A stretch of 64,000 nucleotides of DNA, taken from the NCBI RefSeq assembly GCF_009914755.1, contig NC_060926.1; one strand, written 5' to 3'. The notes below the pieces were generated by a model. It saw nothing but the letters and a program-made list of their open reading frames with translations. It was not told where the DNA came from and did no database searches. Shown here one piece after another: positions 63,349 to 64,000 of the stretch. The first letter of the stretch is position 1. Each line of letters opens with the position of its first letter. A program made the translations under genes and the position numbers. This DNA is from the human T2T-CHM13v2.0 reference genome, Homo sapiens.

Positions 63349-63819
63349 CTCTAGCATTGCTTTGGAGTGCTTTCAAAATTGCTATATATAGGGTATTCAA
63401 AGACATAGGAGCACACTAGTGAACATTTTTTTTTCATTGCTGAATGGGACTGCTTTTCTTCCTTGTTGCCTTCCTTCCTTCCTCCTTTCTCCTCTCTATT
63501 CCTCCAACTCATTTCCAGTATTTCATTCTTTTAGCAGCTTCTATGTGTCAGAGATTGTCCTATGCACTAAAGTTCAGAATTGAGAAAGGCATTTTCTCTC
63601 TCTCTCATAGTCATATAGGGGAAAGCAAGATATCAGCAAGATGGTGAGTGCTATTTTAACAATGTGCTATAGGGACAGAAAACAAAATCATCCCAGGTAG
63701 GTCAGGAAATCACCAATAGGTGACATTTGAATTTGATCTTCAGAATGCTGCCTGATGCTTTGACCTGTTCCTTCTCTCTGTTTTGTTCAGCTCCAATCCT
63801 ATCTAAAGACTTTATTGAA

Positions 63820-64000
63820 AGCTGGGCGCAGTGCCTCAAGCCTGTAATCCCAGCACTTTGGGAGGCTGAGGAGGGCAGATCACAAGGTCAGGAGTTCAAG
63901 ACCAGCCTGGCCAACATGGTGAAACCCCGTCTCTACTAAAAATACAAAAATTAGCTGGGTGTGGTGGCAGGTGCCTGTGTGTGATCCCAGCTACTCAGGA
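63820..64000 (+). mobile_element. AluSg-like, cut by the window end
   Basis: gctgggcgcagtg...cagatcacaaggtcaggagttcaagaccagcctggccaacatggtgaaaccccgtctctactaaaaatacaaaaattag. Confidence 0.95.

Overview
Primate (human-like) AT-rich, CpG-poor non-coding genomic DNA; the AluY/AluS, THE1/MST and L1PA content points to a catarrhine genome. I find no intact protein-coding gene, tRNA/rRNA, CpG island or prokaryotic feature, and the ORF track is almost entirely repeat-derived or chance. The window is a layered archive of transposable elements: about 10 Alus, a near full-length Tigger1, HAL1, L1PA/L1M pieces, about 14 MaLR LTRs, and L2/MIR/MER relics, several of them nested with readable target-site duplications (TSDs). 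The two most informative non-TE items are an old, frameshifted processed pseudogene of NT5DC2 (~41.64-42.45 kb, +) and a tiny FTH1 3'UTR retrocopy with extra unexplained sequence inside an MLT1 LTR (~48.57-48.78 kb, -). Also seen: a twin-primed (5'-inverted) L1, a templated-insertion-like mosaic at 13.3 kb, a near-consensus CTCF motif and a candidate recursive splice site. MaLR orientation bias hints that the window lies in a long intron transcribed on the + strand. I could not find convincing evidence of a new biological system. Family, subfamily and gene assignments are from recalled consensus sequences, not database searches, and boundaries of old repeats are approximate.
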